From: Proteromonas lacertae | Lineage: Eukaryota | Direction: 5' to 3' | DNA length: 53,432 bases | Assembly (NCBI GenBank): GCA_002245135.1 | Contig: NGBS01000921.1 | Coordinates: forward strand, 1 to 53,432 | Translations under genes and position numbers: made by a program | Part shown: positions 23,320 through 35,392 of the stretch, piece after piece | How the letters are laid out: every line of letters begins with the position of its first letter | Position numbering within the stretch: the first letter of the stretch is position 1 | The notes under the pieces: generated by a model | Databases searched by the model: none | Told to the model about the DNA's origin: nothing | Seen by the model: the letters and a program-made list of their open reading frames with translations, nothing else

Positions 23320-24983
23320 TTAATGTTCAAGAATTCTCAAATTACCAGTAATTACTTTATTTTCCAATACAGATCCTTCAGGTATCATGATTACACTACC
23401 AGGTTCAGCGACAATAATAACAGTTCCTCTTAATGTTACTCCACCACAGAACCAAACATCACCACTGACACTTAGATGATCCAAATCAATTATATTACTA
23501 CTCTATTTACAAATGATAATAATAATAATAATACATTTGGGAATATTCTCTTCTTATAATCATTAACATGAGCTAAATTACTTCCTAACTTAATGATTGG
23601 TAATGTTGGGAAGATTCTAGCTGGACTTCTAACTAAACTACCATGTTCTATATCATATAAATTGCTTTGAACTAACATCAAATCACTGGTTGATTTGACT
23701 GGTAAAAATCTACTTCTTGGTACATTAATTCCCATAGCATTTTGGAAGAATTGAATTGCATCACCACAAGCTGTTTCTAGTTGAATGATTGGCTTACCAT
23801 CTAACATCTTCTTATTTTGAATTATTCGACATTTTAATTCACCACTTATTACTAATCTTTCCATTTCACCAATACTTATCCATAAATTATTAGTATTGAA
23901 TATTTTGAATTTTTTAACTGATTTGAATTCTTCGACATGTTCACTTGATACTTGAGCAATTTCTAGTAACATTGTTTTACCTTCATAATTGATTAATGTT
24001 CCACCTTTTACATCAGCTACTGTTTTATCTGTAACTTCCATTATAAATGTGGTCTTGTTACTTAGCATGTAGTTAGGTATTTTAAAATCAACAGTTGCAC
24101 CTAAATTGTCAATATTTGACATGAATATCAATTCTTTATTCTATATATATATATATTATATTTGTATTATTATTATACTTGACTTTTCAATTCTTCAAAT
24201 ATTTCAGAGTGTATAAATGAATCATAAATATCTCCATGACCTGGTGGATACCATTCGTTAATATGTTCTTTTTTAAATGGTTCATGAGGAACTGGTAATA
24301 AACTATCTGCATCAATACGAGGGAAACAATGCTAATAAAATATAGAAATAGAACTAAATATAAATATATATATATATATATACTTGACTAAAACAATAGA
24401 TTTTTATATTATGATTTCGATATTTCTTTATTATCTTCTCTGTATCTTCAGCTGTATAGAATGAATTCATTAACACTAATGGAACATTCACTTGATATTT
24501 TTGATTCAAATATTCAACTTGTCTTACTGTTAAATCTAAAAATGTCAAACCATCTCGAACTTCTATCACAGATTTTGGTCCTTTACATCCCATACTTGTT
24601 CCTAATCCACCATTCAATTTTAACACTATCAGTTTGCTCAATATTTCATGAATTCTTTCATTACTAATTTGACTATCCAGTTCACTATAATTTATCAACA
24701 TTTCTTCTTTCAATGGATTGATTCTTTCCCTATTCACATATATTATAACTTGTAATTTATACCATGGAATGAACATATTGCTCTTTTCTTGCATATATCT
24801 CTCAAACAAAGTATGGAAGATATTATAATCGCTACCTTCCAAAATTTTGCTTGCTTCAATATTCTATAATTGATAAATATATAAAATACTTCTTCCATTA
24901 CTTCTACGACTGGATTTCTAACAATAGGCTATAAAATGTTAGGAAATCCTTGAATGATAATAATATACATCATTTTTTAACAT
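23320..24983 (-). CDS. UGP1: UTP--glucose-1-phosphate uridylyltransferase (UDP-glucose pyrophosphorylase)
   Basis: [51 protein letters not shown] and HLSVSGDV motifs; about 6 short introns. Confidence 0.95.
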
Positions 24984-25428
24984 GGATGAGGATTTATTCT
25001 AGAATAAGCAAAGGATGCCTGATAAAAAATAAAAAAGAAAATTTTATTTTCTTAATTTTTCATACCCCTAAATAATCTTTTTTTCATTTTATGCTAAATA
25101 ATGGAATATGTAATTGTGAATATAATATATACATATCTTATATTCCTTCATTACTTTCTCTATACTCACTTTTCTATTTATTCATCTGGGTGTTGTGTAT
25201 TCCTTTTATAAACGATTTAATTCTACAATTAAATGAATAACAGTACTTTATATGCATAAAACAGATGTCTATTTTATATCTAGTTCACTTCTATTTTACG
25301 CTGCTTTACAAAATCTTTATTCCTTATTTTAGCAATTATGGTTATTTTTATTCTATATATAATACTGAATGATGTTTTATAAGGTATAACTGACTTTGTA
25401 AAACGACTAAAATTTTGAAACAAAGAAA

Positions 25429-28400
25429 ATGTCATATTTTCTAAATAACGCAATATCCTCTATATTTGCATCTTATACACAAGTATTTTTTTGGTATATT
25501 TTATTGTAGATAAAAGAAAGGTTAGAAAAGAGTGAAAGTGAAGTAAATTTTGTTGTAGAACATGACAATAATATGGAAGTGATTAAAATGTTAGATGTAT
25601 CTAGAATAAAACAGAAGAAAGTATTAAATTTTTATGAGAATTACAGGCTGTTGAGATATTGCTGTTTACCTTTTGTCCATACTTGTGAAGCATTTCATTT
25701 GAATAATTGCAGTGAGTGTATTGTATTAGAAAGAGAATACTACTTAAGAGATTTAGAAGAGTTAATTCAAAGTGTGAGCTTGTCAAGAAGTGATATTTGT
25801 AATGTAATATCTTCATTATGTGATGATGTGATGATATTGAATGAATATGACTTGATTGTTAGAAATCTAAAGAGTAGTAACATAATATATGAAGAAAATG
25901 GTGAATTAAAGTTATGTGATTTATATTTGTATTTATTAAGAAATGAAGATGATATGAGAGTGTATGATATATGCTTCAAAAGCCCTGAAGAGTTGAATGA
26001 ATTAGAATGTGATTATCGAAGTGTAATTTGGTCAATTGGCTGTATATTATATGAAATGATTTATAAGAAATTACCATTCAATGAAGATAATAATATAAAT
26101 AAAGCAAGAGAGAATATTGTGAGATGTGAATACAGTTGTGATATAGAATGTAATGAGATGATGAAAGAGTTGGTGGAAAGAACGTTAAAAGTGAAGAGTG
26201 AAAATAGAATGAGTTTAAAAGAATTGAAAAAAGAAATGATAAAAATGAGTGAAATATTGAAAGATGATGAGAATAACCTAATGATATGTAAAGAAAGAAA
26301 AGAGATAATATATAATAATGATTATATAGCAGTTGGAACACTCCGGATATTATTTCAATCAGAGTATTACTTACACAATAATAAATATGAAAAGATACAA
26401 GATGTGTTTATAGAGTTATATAATAATGAACCAAATGAAAGAGTATTGTTAATGTTATTGATGATGAAATTATACAAACATGAGAATTATTATTCATTAG
26501 AATATAAATTGATTTTTCAAATTCATCATCAATGTGAAGGAGGTAAAGGATATTTTTTAGATAGAATGATATTTTATATTAATGCAAATTATTATGATAA
26601 AAATGCAATTGAAATTAATAAAGATTGTTTATGTTTTTGTGAAGAAGGAATGAATTATTTTTTCAGAGTATTAAACCAAATCAATCCAACAAAACTCAAA
26701 TTTAGTATTATTCTAATCTTTTTTTATTTACTTAGATTTATATATTCCAATCCAATATCAATCATTATTTGGATGTTCTTTTTCTCAATTGACAAACATA
26801 CAAGAATTGAATATGTCCAAATGTAAAATTACCTCTGATTTCATTGAATCATTTATTAAGTCAATTCCATTGATGAAGAAATTGAAATATGTAGATTTTA
26901 CATGTATATTTTATTCTATTTTATATTGTTATGATATAGTTAATCGAATTGGTGCAAAAGGATTCAAACTATTAGTTCCATATTTGCATTTATTAATCAA
27001 CAGTTGGAATAAATTGAATCTTATAAATATGAATTTAAATGATGAATCAATGATATTATTATCAGAAGAATTATATAAATATCCAAATCTCGAGAGAATA
27101 GATATATATTCCAACTATAATATTCATTCAATTGGATTAAAAGCTTTATTTTCCAAAGTGAATAATACTAAAATTGATTATAGTCCTACTTTAAAATGTA
27201 AAGAATTGTTGATGGATAAAGATATTCCAGAACTAATCAGATACATTAAATCTAGTTATAATAATGGTTTATTTTTAGATAATCTAGAAATTGATGATGA
27301 TATTTTCAAATCCTTTAATTCTTCAAGATTAAATGAATTGAAAGAAATAGAAGAGTTATATTTGAGATGTATAATTTGTTTTTTTTCAATTCTTTAGATA
27401 ATAAACTAACATTTAAAAGTATAGAATTGCTGATTGACAATTTATCTTCATATTCAAATCTTGAGCATATTGAATTATATGGAAATGAAATAGGTGATGA
27501 AGGAATGAAAATATTATCTCCATATTTACATTTATTAAGTTATTTCATGAGATTAATTGTTCAAGTATAAATACTATTATAATATTAAATAGTAATGGGA
27601 TTATCTTCAATTGGATTAAAATATATATTAGATGGTTTAAAGAATATTCACCATAAAGATTAAGCTTAATATAAGTTATAATAACATAAATTCAGAAGGA
27701 ATAGAAAATTTGATGAATTATCTGAAAGAGAATGATAATATAGAAAAGTTAATCATTCATAGTATATATTAATTTTTATATATTATGTTTGTTAAATAGA
27801 TAATCCTATAGGTAATACTGGATTTAAGCTATTATTAAACTATATGGATCTGATAGACTATGATTATGATTTGAGTAATTTATCAATAGATGATGAAAGT
27901 GTAATATTATTAACAAATAAAATTGATGCAGTTGAAAGGTGTTACAAAATAAATCTAAATGGAAATAATATTGGAATGAAAGGATTAAAATCAATCTGTT
28001 CTAAATCATTAGAAATAGAAGAATGTCCATTTATTCAAATGAAATGTTTAGCATGGACAAATGAAGAATTGGAATATTATTTGGATTATTGTATTAAAAA
28101 GAAAGGAAGATATAGAGAATATGATTTTTCAAGTATATAATACTCAATTTTAATGATAATAGATATAAATATTAATGATTCTCATATTTCATTAATTAAA
28201 CAGATTAATTATAAAAGACTTGATTTATCAAATAATCAAATTACTTCAAAAGGATTAAAAGAATTAACTGATTCTTTACATAATTATTCGTATTTTACTA
28301 TCTTAATTCATAATAATCCAATTGGAGATGAAGGGATACAGATAATGTGTAAATGTTTAGGTTTATTTTTTGAGAAAGGTGGACATTCAATACCAGAATC

Positions 28401-28750
28401 ATTCAATATTTCAAGTATTACCATTAATATAATAATTTTAAATAGATGTTGGAAAAATTAGTGAAGAAGGATTGAAAATGTTAATAGAAAGTTTAAAGAA
28501 ATATCAATCATTAAGGTATATGAATCTATCAGGAAATGAATTAAATAAAAGTGAATTGAGATTGATGAAAGAAAATGAAGAAGTCTTTGAGAATTTATTT
28601 GAATTATCAATAACAGTAAAAGAAGATATAGATAGAACAGAATTAATATCATTTTTAGATATATTTTCATCAATCAGAAGAATAAAAGTAGATGGAATAT
28701 CAGAAGAAGAAAAGAAAGAACTTTCAAAACAATTCTTGAATGTTGAATAA
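25429..28750 (+). CDS. Pseudokinase-LRR protein, paralog 2 (two 1-bp indels at ~27545 and ~27655)
   Basis: Collinear with 17725-20997 including intron positions; IVRNLKSSN, CDLY and FKSPEE; LRR exons. Confidence 0.75.
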
Positions 28751-28847
28751 ATAATTATTTCACTATTATTGTTATATTTCATTATTTGTTTTTATACCAT
28801 ACACCTATATAAGTTGGAACAGATTCAACTACCAATACACTACAATA

Positions 28848-29342
28848 GAACAATTATTGTTTGTATTGTAATACCATACACCAGAATATGTCAAAGCAGA
28901 TTCCAAGAATTGAATCTTTCCTTCTACATTCACATAACTATCACCTATTACAGAATTACAGATATTTGTTATATACCACTATCATCACTGTAGTTACTTG
29001 CTGAAAATGATCTAGTTCTCTTGAACTCTTCGGCTATTGATGACTGACGAGTAATTGGGGTAAAACATTCTGAATCTTCCTGATCGTCTTCTAAGTCCCA
29101 TTTTGTATTGGCACTAATCTCAGCTGCGATGTTTGCAAGCGAGGGAGTGACAAAACTCTCAGATGTCAAATGAAATAAAGATCCCTCCATTTTTAATGAA
29201 ATATGAAACGAATATAATTTCAGTAAGAATTTGGAATATTTTATTATACAGCATTATCAACTCCCCAATAAACTTCGTTCAAAGTATTTAAAGTTTATAA
29301 ATAAAGAAAATAAATAATATCCGTTTTTATATTCACATTAAA
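28848..29342. repeat. ~495-bp near-identical duplicate of 34790-35284 (5' exons and upstream region of the PZP-MORN gene)
   Basis: Same MEGSLFHLTSES... ORF (one residue differs); constant offset of 5942 bp; only a few substitutions. Confidence 0.95.
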
Positions 29343-29352
29343 ATTATTTTTC

Positions 29353-31423
29353 ATGAATTCTTTGATATATGAAGTTATATCATTAGCATTATCACCAGAA
29401 ACAGAAGTATTTTTTAAGATAATATTTAAATAGATAAAAAATATAGTAATAAAGAGTGGTTGTGAAGTAGATCTGAAAATACTACATCAGGATGATGCAA
29501 GAATTATAAAAGTATTGAATATTGACGGGATAAAAGAAATGAAGATATTAACATTTTATGAAAATTACTCTATGATTATTAATCGTTCTAGATCCTTCAC
29601 TTTTCCTTTCAAAACGTATAAATTGAATAATCACAGTGAATATATTATATTATCTCGAGATTATTATATGAGAGATTTAGAAGAGACAATTTACAGTAAA
29701 TCCTTCACAAGAAGTGATATATTCAAAGTGATATATAGTATGTGTGATGTTGTAATAATGTTGAATAAATATGATATGGTAATTGGTAATCTGAAGAGTA
29801 GTAATGTAATATATGATAGTAAAAATAACCTAAAAGTGTGCGATGTATTTATGGATTTATTAAGGAAAGAAGAAGATTTGAGAGTGTATGATATATGCTT
29901 CAAAAGCCCAGAAGAGATGAATGGATCAGAATGTGATGAAAGAAGTGTAATTTGGTCAATTGGTTGTATTTTATATGAAATGATTTATAAGAAATTACCA
30001 TTCAATGAAGATGATAATATGAATAAAAACAAAAGAAAATATTCTGAAATGTAAATATTATTTGGATGTAAAATGTGATGATATGATGAAAAAGATGGTT
30101 AGTAAAATGTTAATATGGAAGTGTGAAGATAGAATGAGTTTAAAAGAATTGAGAAAAGAGATGATAAAAATGAGTGAAATATTGAGAAATAAAAATGGAA
30201 ATTTGATGATATGTAATGAAAAAAAGGAGATATTATTCAGTATTGATTACATAATAGAAATTTCACCATTTACCATTCAAGCAGAGCATTATTTTCAATA
30301 TAATAAAAGAGAAAGTATATATAATATTATGCATTGTTCAAGTATAATACAATTATTTAATATTGAATAGAAATGGGACTATCTTCAAGAGGAATAGAAT
30401 ATTTGTTAGATGGAATAAAGATGATTAATAAAAAGATCACTATTAATATAAGCGAAAATAATATAGATTCAAGTTGGAATGGAGTATATAATGAATTATA
30501 TGAAAGAGTATGATAATATAGAAAAAATAATAATGAATAGTATATTAGTTATATTTATATATTTAATAGATAATGGAATTGGTAATACTGGATTTAAATT
30601 TCTGTTGAATAATGTGAGTATATTAATGTTTCTGAATGAAATGGATTTAAGTAATTTATCAATAGATGATGAATGTGTAATATTATTAACAAAAGAGATA
30701 GATTCGATGGTAGGATGTGAAATAATTAACTTGAATAATAATAATATCAGAATGAAAGGATTAAAAGCAATATGTTCAAAATCATTAAAAGAAGATTATT
30801 ATCAATTTATCCAGATGAAATGTATATCATGGACAAGTGAAGAATTGGAGTATTATTTGAGGTATTGTATAAAAAAGAAAAGAAGAAAAGATGAAAGAGA
30901 ATATGATTTTTCTAGTATAAACAACAAGATTGATTATAAAACGATTGATTTATCTAATAACATAATCAGTTGTGAAGGATTAAAAGAATTCATGAATTGT
31001 TTAACAAAAGATGTAAGAGATATATTCATATATGGAAATGATATTAGAGATGAAGGAATAGAGATAATATGTAATAACCTAGAATATTTTGTTTATGATG
31101 ATTATGGTTACTTGTCATTAAATCTTTCAAGTATATATAAGTATGATTTAATTTAAATATGAATAGATATTGGAATGACTGAAAAAGGATTGGAAATGTT
31201 AATAGAAAGATTAAAAGATTATCCACCATTAGAGAAAATAGATATATCAGGAAACGAATTAAATGAAAGTGAATTAAGATTAATGAAAGAAAGCAAAGAA
31301 GTGTTTGATTGTTTAGACGAATTTTCAATAACAGTGAAAGAGGATATAGATAAATCTGAATTAAAATCATTTTTAGAAGAGTTTTCATTAATTGGAAGAA
31401 TTGAACTGAATGAAATTTCATAA
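29353..31423 (+). pseudogene. Pseudokinase-LRR paralog 3, internally deleted and truncated
   Basis: Frameshifts at ~30030 and ~30473. Relative to the paralogs the sequence jumps from YNKRES straight to ...CSS (about 1.1 kb missing). A further deletion lies at YDFSS-INNK, and there is an early stop (NEIS*). Confidence 0.75.
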
Positions 31424-31481
31424 ATATTATATAATAATTATTATTTGTTATACAATAACTTAATTTACCACTCCATTTACC

Positions 31482-32444
31482 TCATATATAATCGGTAGTA
31501 TAATATTGGAATCTAATATCAGGTTTAAATGGTGCATCCATATCCTTCTTTCTCAACGAAGCCCAATCAAAATGACAAAACCATTCATGTTCAATTAAGT
31601 CTTTCACTCCATTCTTATCTCCCAATCGTTTATGATAATCACTCTCTAAAGTTCCAACTAAGAAAGAAGAAGCGGCTGGTGATAGTTCAATTCCCATTCT
31701 TTTAACAACATCACTAGGATCAAATTGATCATTGGAATGGCCTTGAAACTCGAATGGCCATTTACCACAAAGAAATTCATAGGTAACTATTCCAACTGAA
31801 TAGAATTCTGATATTCGGTTATGTTTATGATCACTATGTAAGATCTCTGGTGCCATATAGGCTCTAGTACCACTACCAGCATAACAATAACCATCTTCTT
31901 TCAATTTCTGTGATATACTAAAATTGGTTAGACGAATATAACCATTTGCATCTAATAACATATTATCTGGCTTTATATCTCTATGAATTATATGTTTTGA
32001 ATGTAAATATTCTAATGCTAATAATAAGCAGGCTATGTAGAATTTGGTAGATTCTTCGTCAAAATGACCTTGTGAATTGTATTTTAATTGATATCTTAAA
32101 TCTCCTAAACAAAGATCCATTACCATATAACAATTATTGTCATCTTCAAATGTATAAAACATATTCACAAGGAAGGGATTATGAACATCTACCAATAGAT
32201 TTCGTTCATTCATGATCATATCTGCATATTGTGACTTAATTGCTTCTAATTTTTGTAATGTTTTAATTGCATACCATTTACCTCTATACATGTTATTAAA
32301 TATGATAATTAAATACGTCGGCTTGTGAACACAGGCATTAACTTTACTAAACCTATCTTCAGCAATTAATCTTTCAATGCTGAAATGTGTTATATTAACA
32401 TGTATTGGATCTATTATTTCTTCAGAACTAGAACCGCATCCCAT
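31482..32444 (-). CDS. N-acylated AGC (STK32/YANK-like) pseudokinase with truncated C-terminus
   Basis: MGCGSS start; HRDIKPDN intact, but the G-loop reads IAEDRFSKV and DFG reads NFS; 33-nt intron at 32284-32316. Confidence 0.8.
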   Translation of the reverse strand: MGCGSSSEEIIDPIHVNITHFSIERLIAEDRFSKVNACVHKPTYLIIIFNNMYRGKWYAIKTLQKLEAIKSQYADMIMNERNLLVDVHNPFLVNMFYTFEDDNNCYMVMDLCLGDLRYQLKYNSQGHFDEESTKFYIACLLLALEYLHSKHIIHRDIKPDNMLLDANGYIRLTNFSISQKLKEDGYCYAGSGTRAYMAPEILHSDHKHNRISEFYSVGIVTYEFLCGKWPFEFQGHSNDQFDPSDVVKRMGIELSPAASSFLVGTLESDYHKRLGDKNGVKDLIEHEWFCHFDWASLRKKDMDAPFKPDIRFQYYTTDYI

Positions 32445-32655
32445 TATATTTTATGTTTATCTATTACAAAAATTTTAAGAAAAGAAGGAAATAGAAGATT
32501 TGAAGCTTTATTAATAAAATATAACAAAATAAATAAACGATAAAAATATATTCATACTGATAAATAGTGAAATATTGAGATACATAAGTTTATAATGAGA
32601 GAAAAAAAACAAAGCATTTTAAGCAAAAAACAACAATTAAATAATTAAGAGTTAA

Positions 32656-35132
32656 TTATTGGATCATTTTTGATAGAAACATTCGTTTCTCCATTAACAA
32701 TCCATCTTTAAACACACACTCAAACTTCTTACCATCAGGATAAATTATAATTCCATTACCATGCATTTTACCATTCTTAAATGAACCACTATATTCAAAT
32801 CCATTACAACTTCGATAAATTCCATTTCCATCATACAAATTCTTTGACCAGTCACCAATATAACTAACTAAAGCACAATGATATTCACCTTTACCATTAA
32901 TCTCATTATTCTTCCATTCACAATCATATATCTCATTATTCATTGTCCTATATACTCCATGACCTTCACGTTTGTTTTGATACCATTCACCATTATAACT
33001 ATCTCCATTGTTGAAATAATAAATACCATTTCCGTGTTTCTTACCTTTTTCAAATTCACCTTCATATACTACTTCATTATAGTTATTGCATAAAACACCA
33101 TATCCATTCATTAATCCATCATGCCAATCACCTTCATACATACTACTATCACTATATAAACAAACACCAAAACCTTCTCGTATTCCATTTACACTTTGTC
33201 CACTATATATTTCACCATCACTTTCTAAATGAGCTGGTAATAATCTTTCACCACTTTTATAATAGTTAGTCATATATTGATCAGCATGATCTGGACAGTA
33301 GATTATTGGAATACAAGTGTCCATTAATAAGGATGGATAAGCGATAAATAAACAATCATCAGAATGAGAACAATTGATATGGAATTGATATTTACAACCC
33401 CATTTACAACATTGAAATATATCTCCATTGATTTTGTGACATAAGAAACAGGGCTATTTATATATATATATATAATAAATAATTATTTATACTTTCTTCT
33501 TCATTTGATCATTACATCCTTGATAATATCTTTGATTCTTTATATCCATTGAATTCATATTATTATTATTATTATTATTATTACAATTATTATTTGATGA
33601 ATTTAATGAACTATTCATAAATGAACGAGAAAATAAAACACATCGAACATGACACCAAGTTTTATTCGTTGTCATTTTCATTGCTCCTTTCTTCTTATTA
33701 CATATTTGACATTCGACTATCTTTGATTTACCTTCTAATAATGATAGACATGTATAAATTTGTGGAGCATTGGTTATTGAAGTTAACTTTGAAACTGGTA
33801 ATGAATAAGAGAGTTTTACACGAACTGTTGTTTTATTTTCACTTCGATTTGTTATTATTCCTTGAATATATTCAGATAAGGCTATATATATATTATCATA
33901 TATAATATATATATATATATATATATACTTTTATATAATGTTTTAGGAATATCAAAATATTGACAACAATCACATTTCCAATTATTTCGACTTTGATTTG
34001 GTTGAATAAAATAACATGATTGATGAACTACTATTCCACAAGATATACATTTGATAAAATAAATCTTGAGGACTTTCATATTGACAACAAACACTACAGA
34101 ATTTATCAATATTATTATTATTATTATCATTTATATTTGAATAACCCATATAACCACTTAAACCATTTAAATTATTATTCAATTTTCGCTTTTTATTATC
34201 ATTTCCATTCATTGTGTTTAATCGTTTATAAGGTCGACCTCTTCCTCTCTTCTTTGAAGGACTTTCTAATCGAAATGATAAATTCGAAAATGAATGATAT
34301 TCATCACTTTCACTACGAAGAAATGATGGTCTTCTTTTACGAAGATTTACTCGATGTTCCATTATTGAATTATTATTATCATGTGGTGTGTATGGAGGAT
34401 CATCAATATTATTATTATTATTATTATTATTTACACTCTTCTTGTAGTATTTTCTCAATCTCATTTTCATTGTTAATGGCTCATATTCACCTGTTAATTC
34501 GAAATCTCCATATAGATTATGACCTTCTCCATATATTGCTAATATTTCTTGAGAATTATTGTCAGTGATGTTACAATGAAGTTCGAAGTATTCTTGGATA
34601 TTCGCTCTTTTACCAACCATTGAGAAATCTCCACTCCATTTACCTACAATGTCTTTTCCATAGAAAGTTGGACGAATTGGACCAGGAGACATGTTTAGAA
34701 GAGATGGTGAGTAAAATGGAGAAGCAGGAGTTGGAGAACTGACAGCTTCACTTGTTCGAGGTTTCACATATAGGAAAGGTGATTGTTCTGAACAATTATT
34801 GTTTGTATTGTAATACCATACACCAGAATATGTCAAAGCAGATTCCAAGAATTGAATCTTTCCTTCTACATTCACATAACTATCACCTATTACAGAATTA
34901 CAGATATTTGTTATATACCACTATCATCACTGTAGTTACTTGCTGAAAATGATCTAGTTCTCTTTAACTCTTCGGCTATTGATGACTGACGAGTAATTGG
35001 GGTAAAACATTCTGAATCTTCCTGATCGTCTTCTAAGTCCCATTTTGTATTGGCACTAATCTCAGCTGCGATGTTTGCAAGCGAGGGAGTGACAAAACTC
35101 TCAGATGTCAAATGAAATAAAGATCCCTCCAT
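32656..35132 (-). CDS. PHD + extended PHD (PZP-like) protein with C-terminal MORN repeats
   Basis: CSVC...CISCGIVVHQSCY...WKCDCC; WCHVRC...CFLC...C..WGCKYQFHINC; about 7 YxGxWxxGxxHGxG MORN units; AT-hook-like RGRGRP. T-run frameshift at ~34058. Confidence 0.75.
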
Positions 35133-35392
35133 TTTTAATGAAATATGAAACGAATATAATTTCAGTAAGAATTTTATATATTTTATTATACAGCATTATC
35201 AACTCCCCAATAAACTTCGTTCAAAGTATTTAAAGTTTATAAATAAAGAAAATAAATAATATCCGTTTTTATATTCATATTAAATCCACTCATTCAGCAG
35301 AATTAACAACATTAGCATATTCTTCTACTTTATTCTCTTCAAAATTATCATTCTCAATATCTGTAACAACAACATCACCACTATCTGTTTTA

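Noticed and set aside
34020..34568. 182-aa Tyr/His-rich plus-strand ORF and similar short opposite-strand ORFs in the track
   Set aside because: These are antisense to well-supported genes, and their composition mirrors poly-Asn/Asp codons.
28848..35284. The two 495-bp direct repeats as LTRs or ends of a transposon
   Set aside because: The repeat consists of host exons, an intron and a promoter. The enclosed DNA has no gag/pol or transposase, and no TSD was seen.
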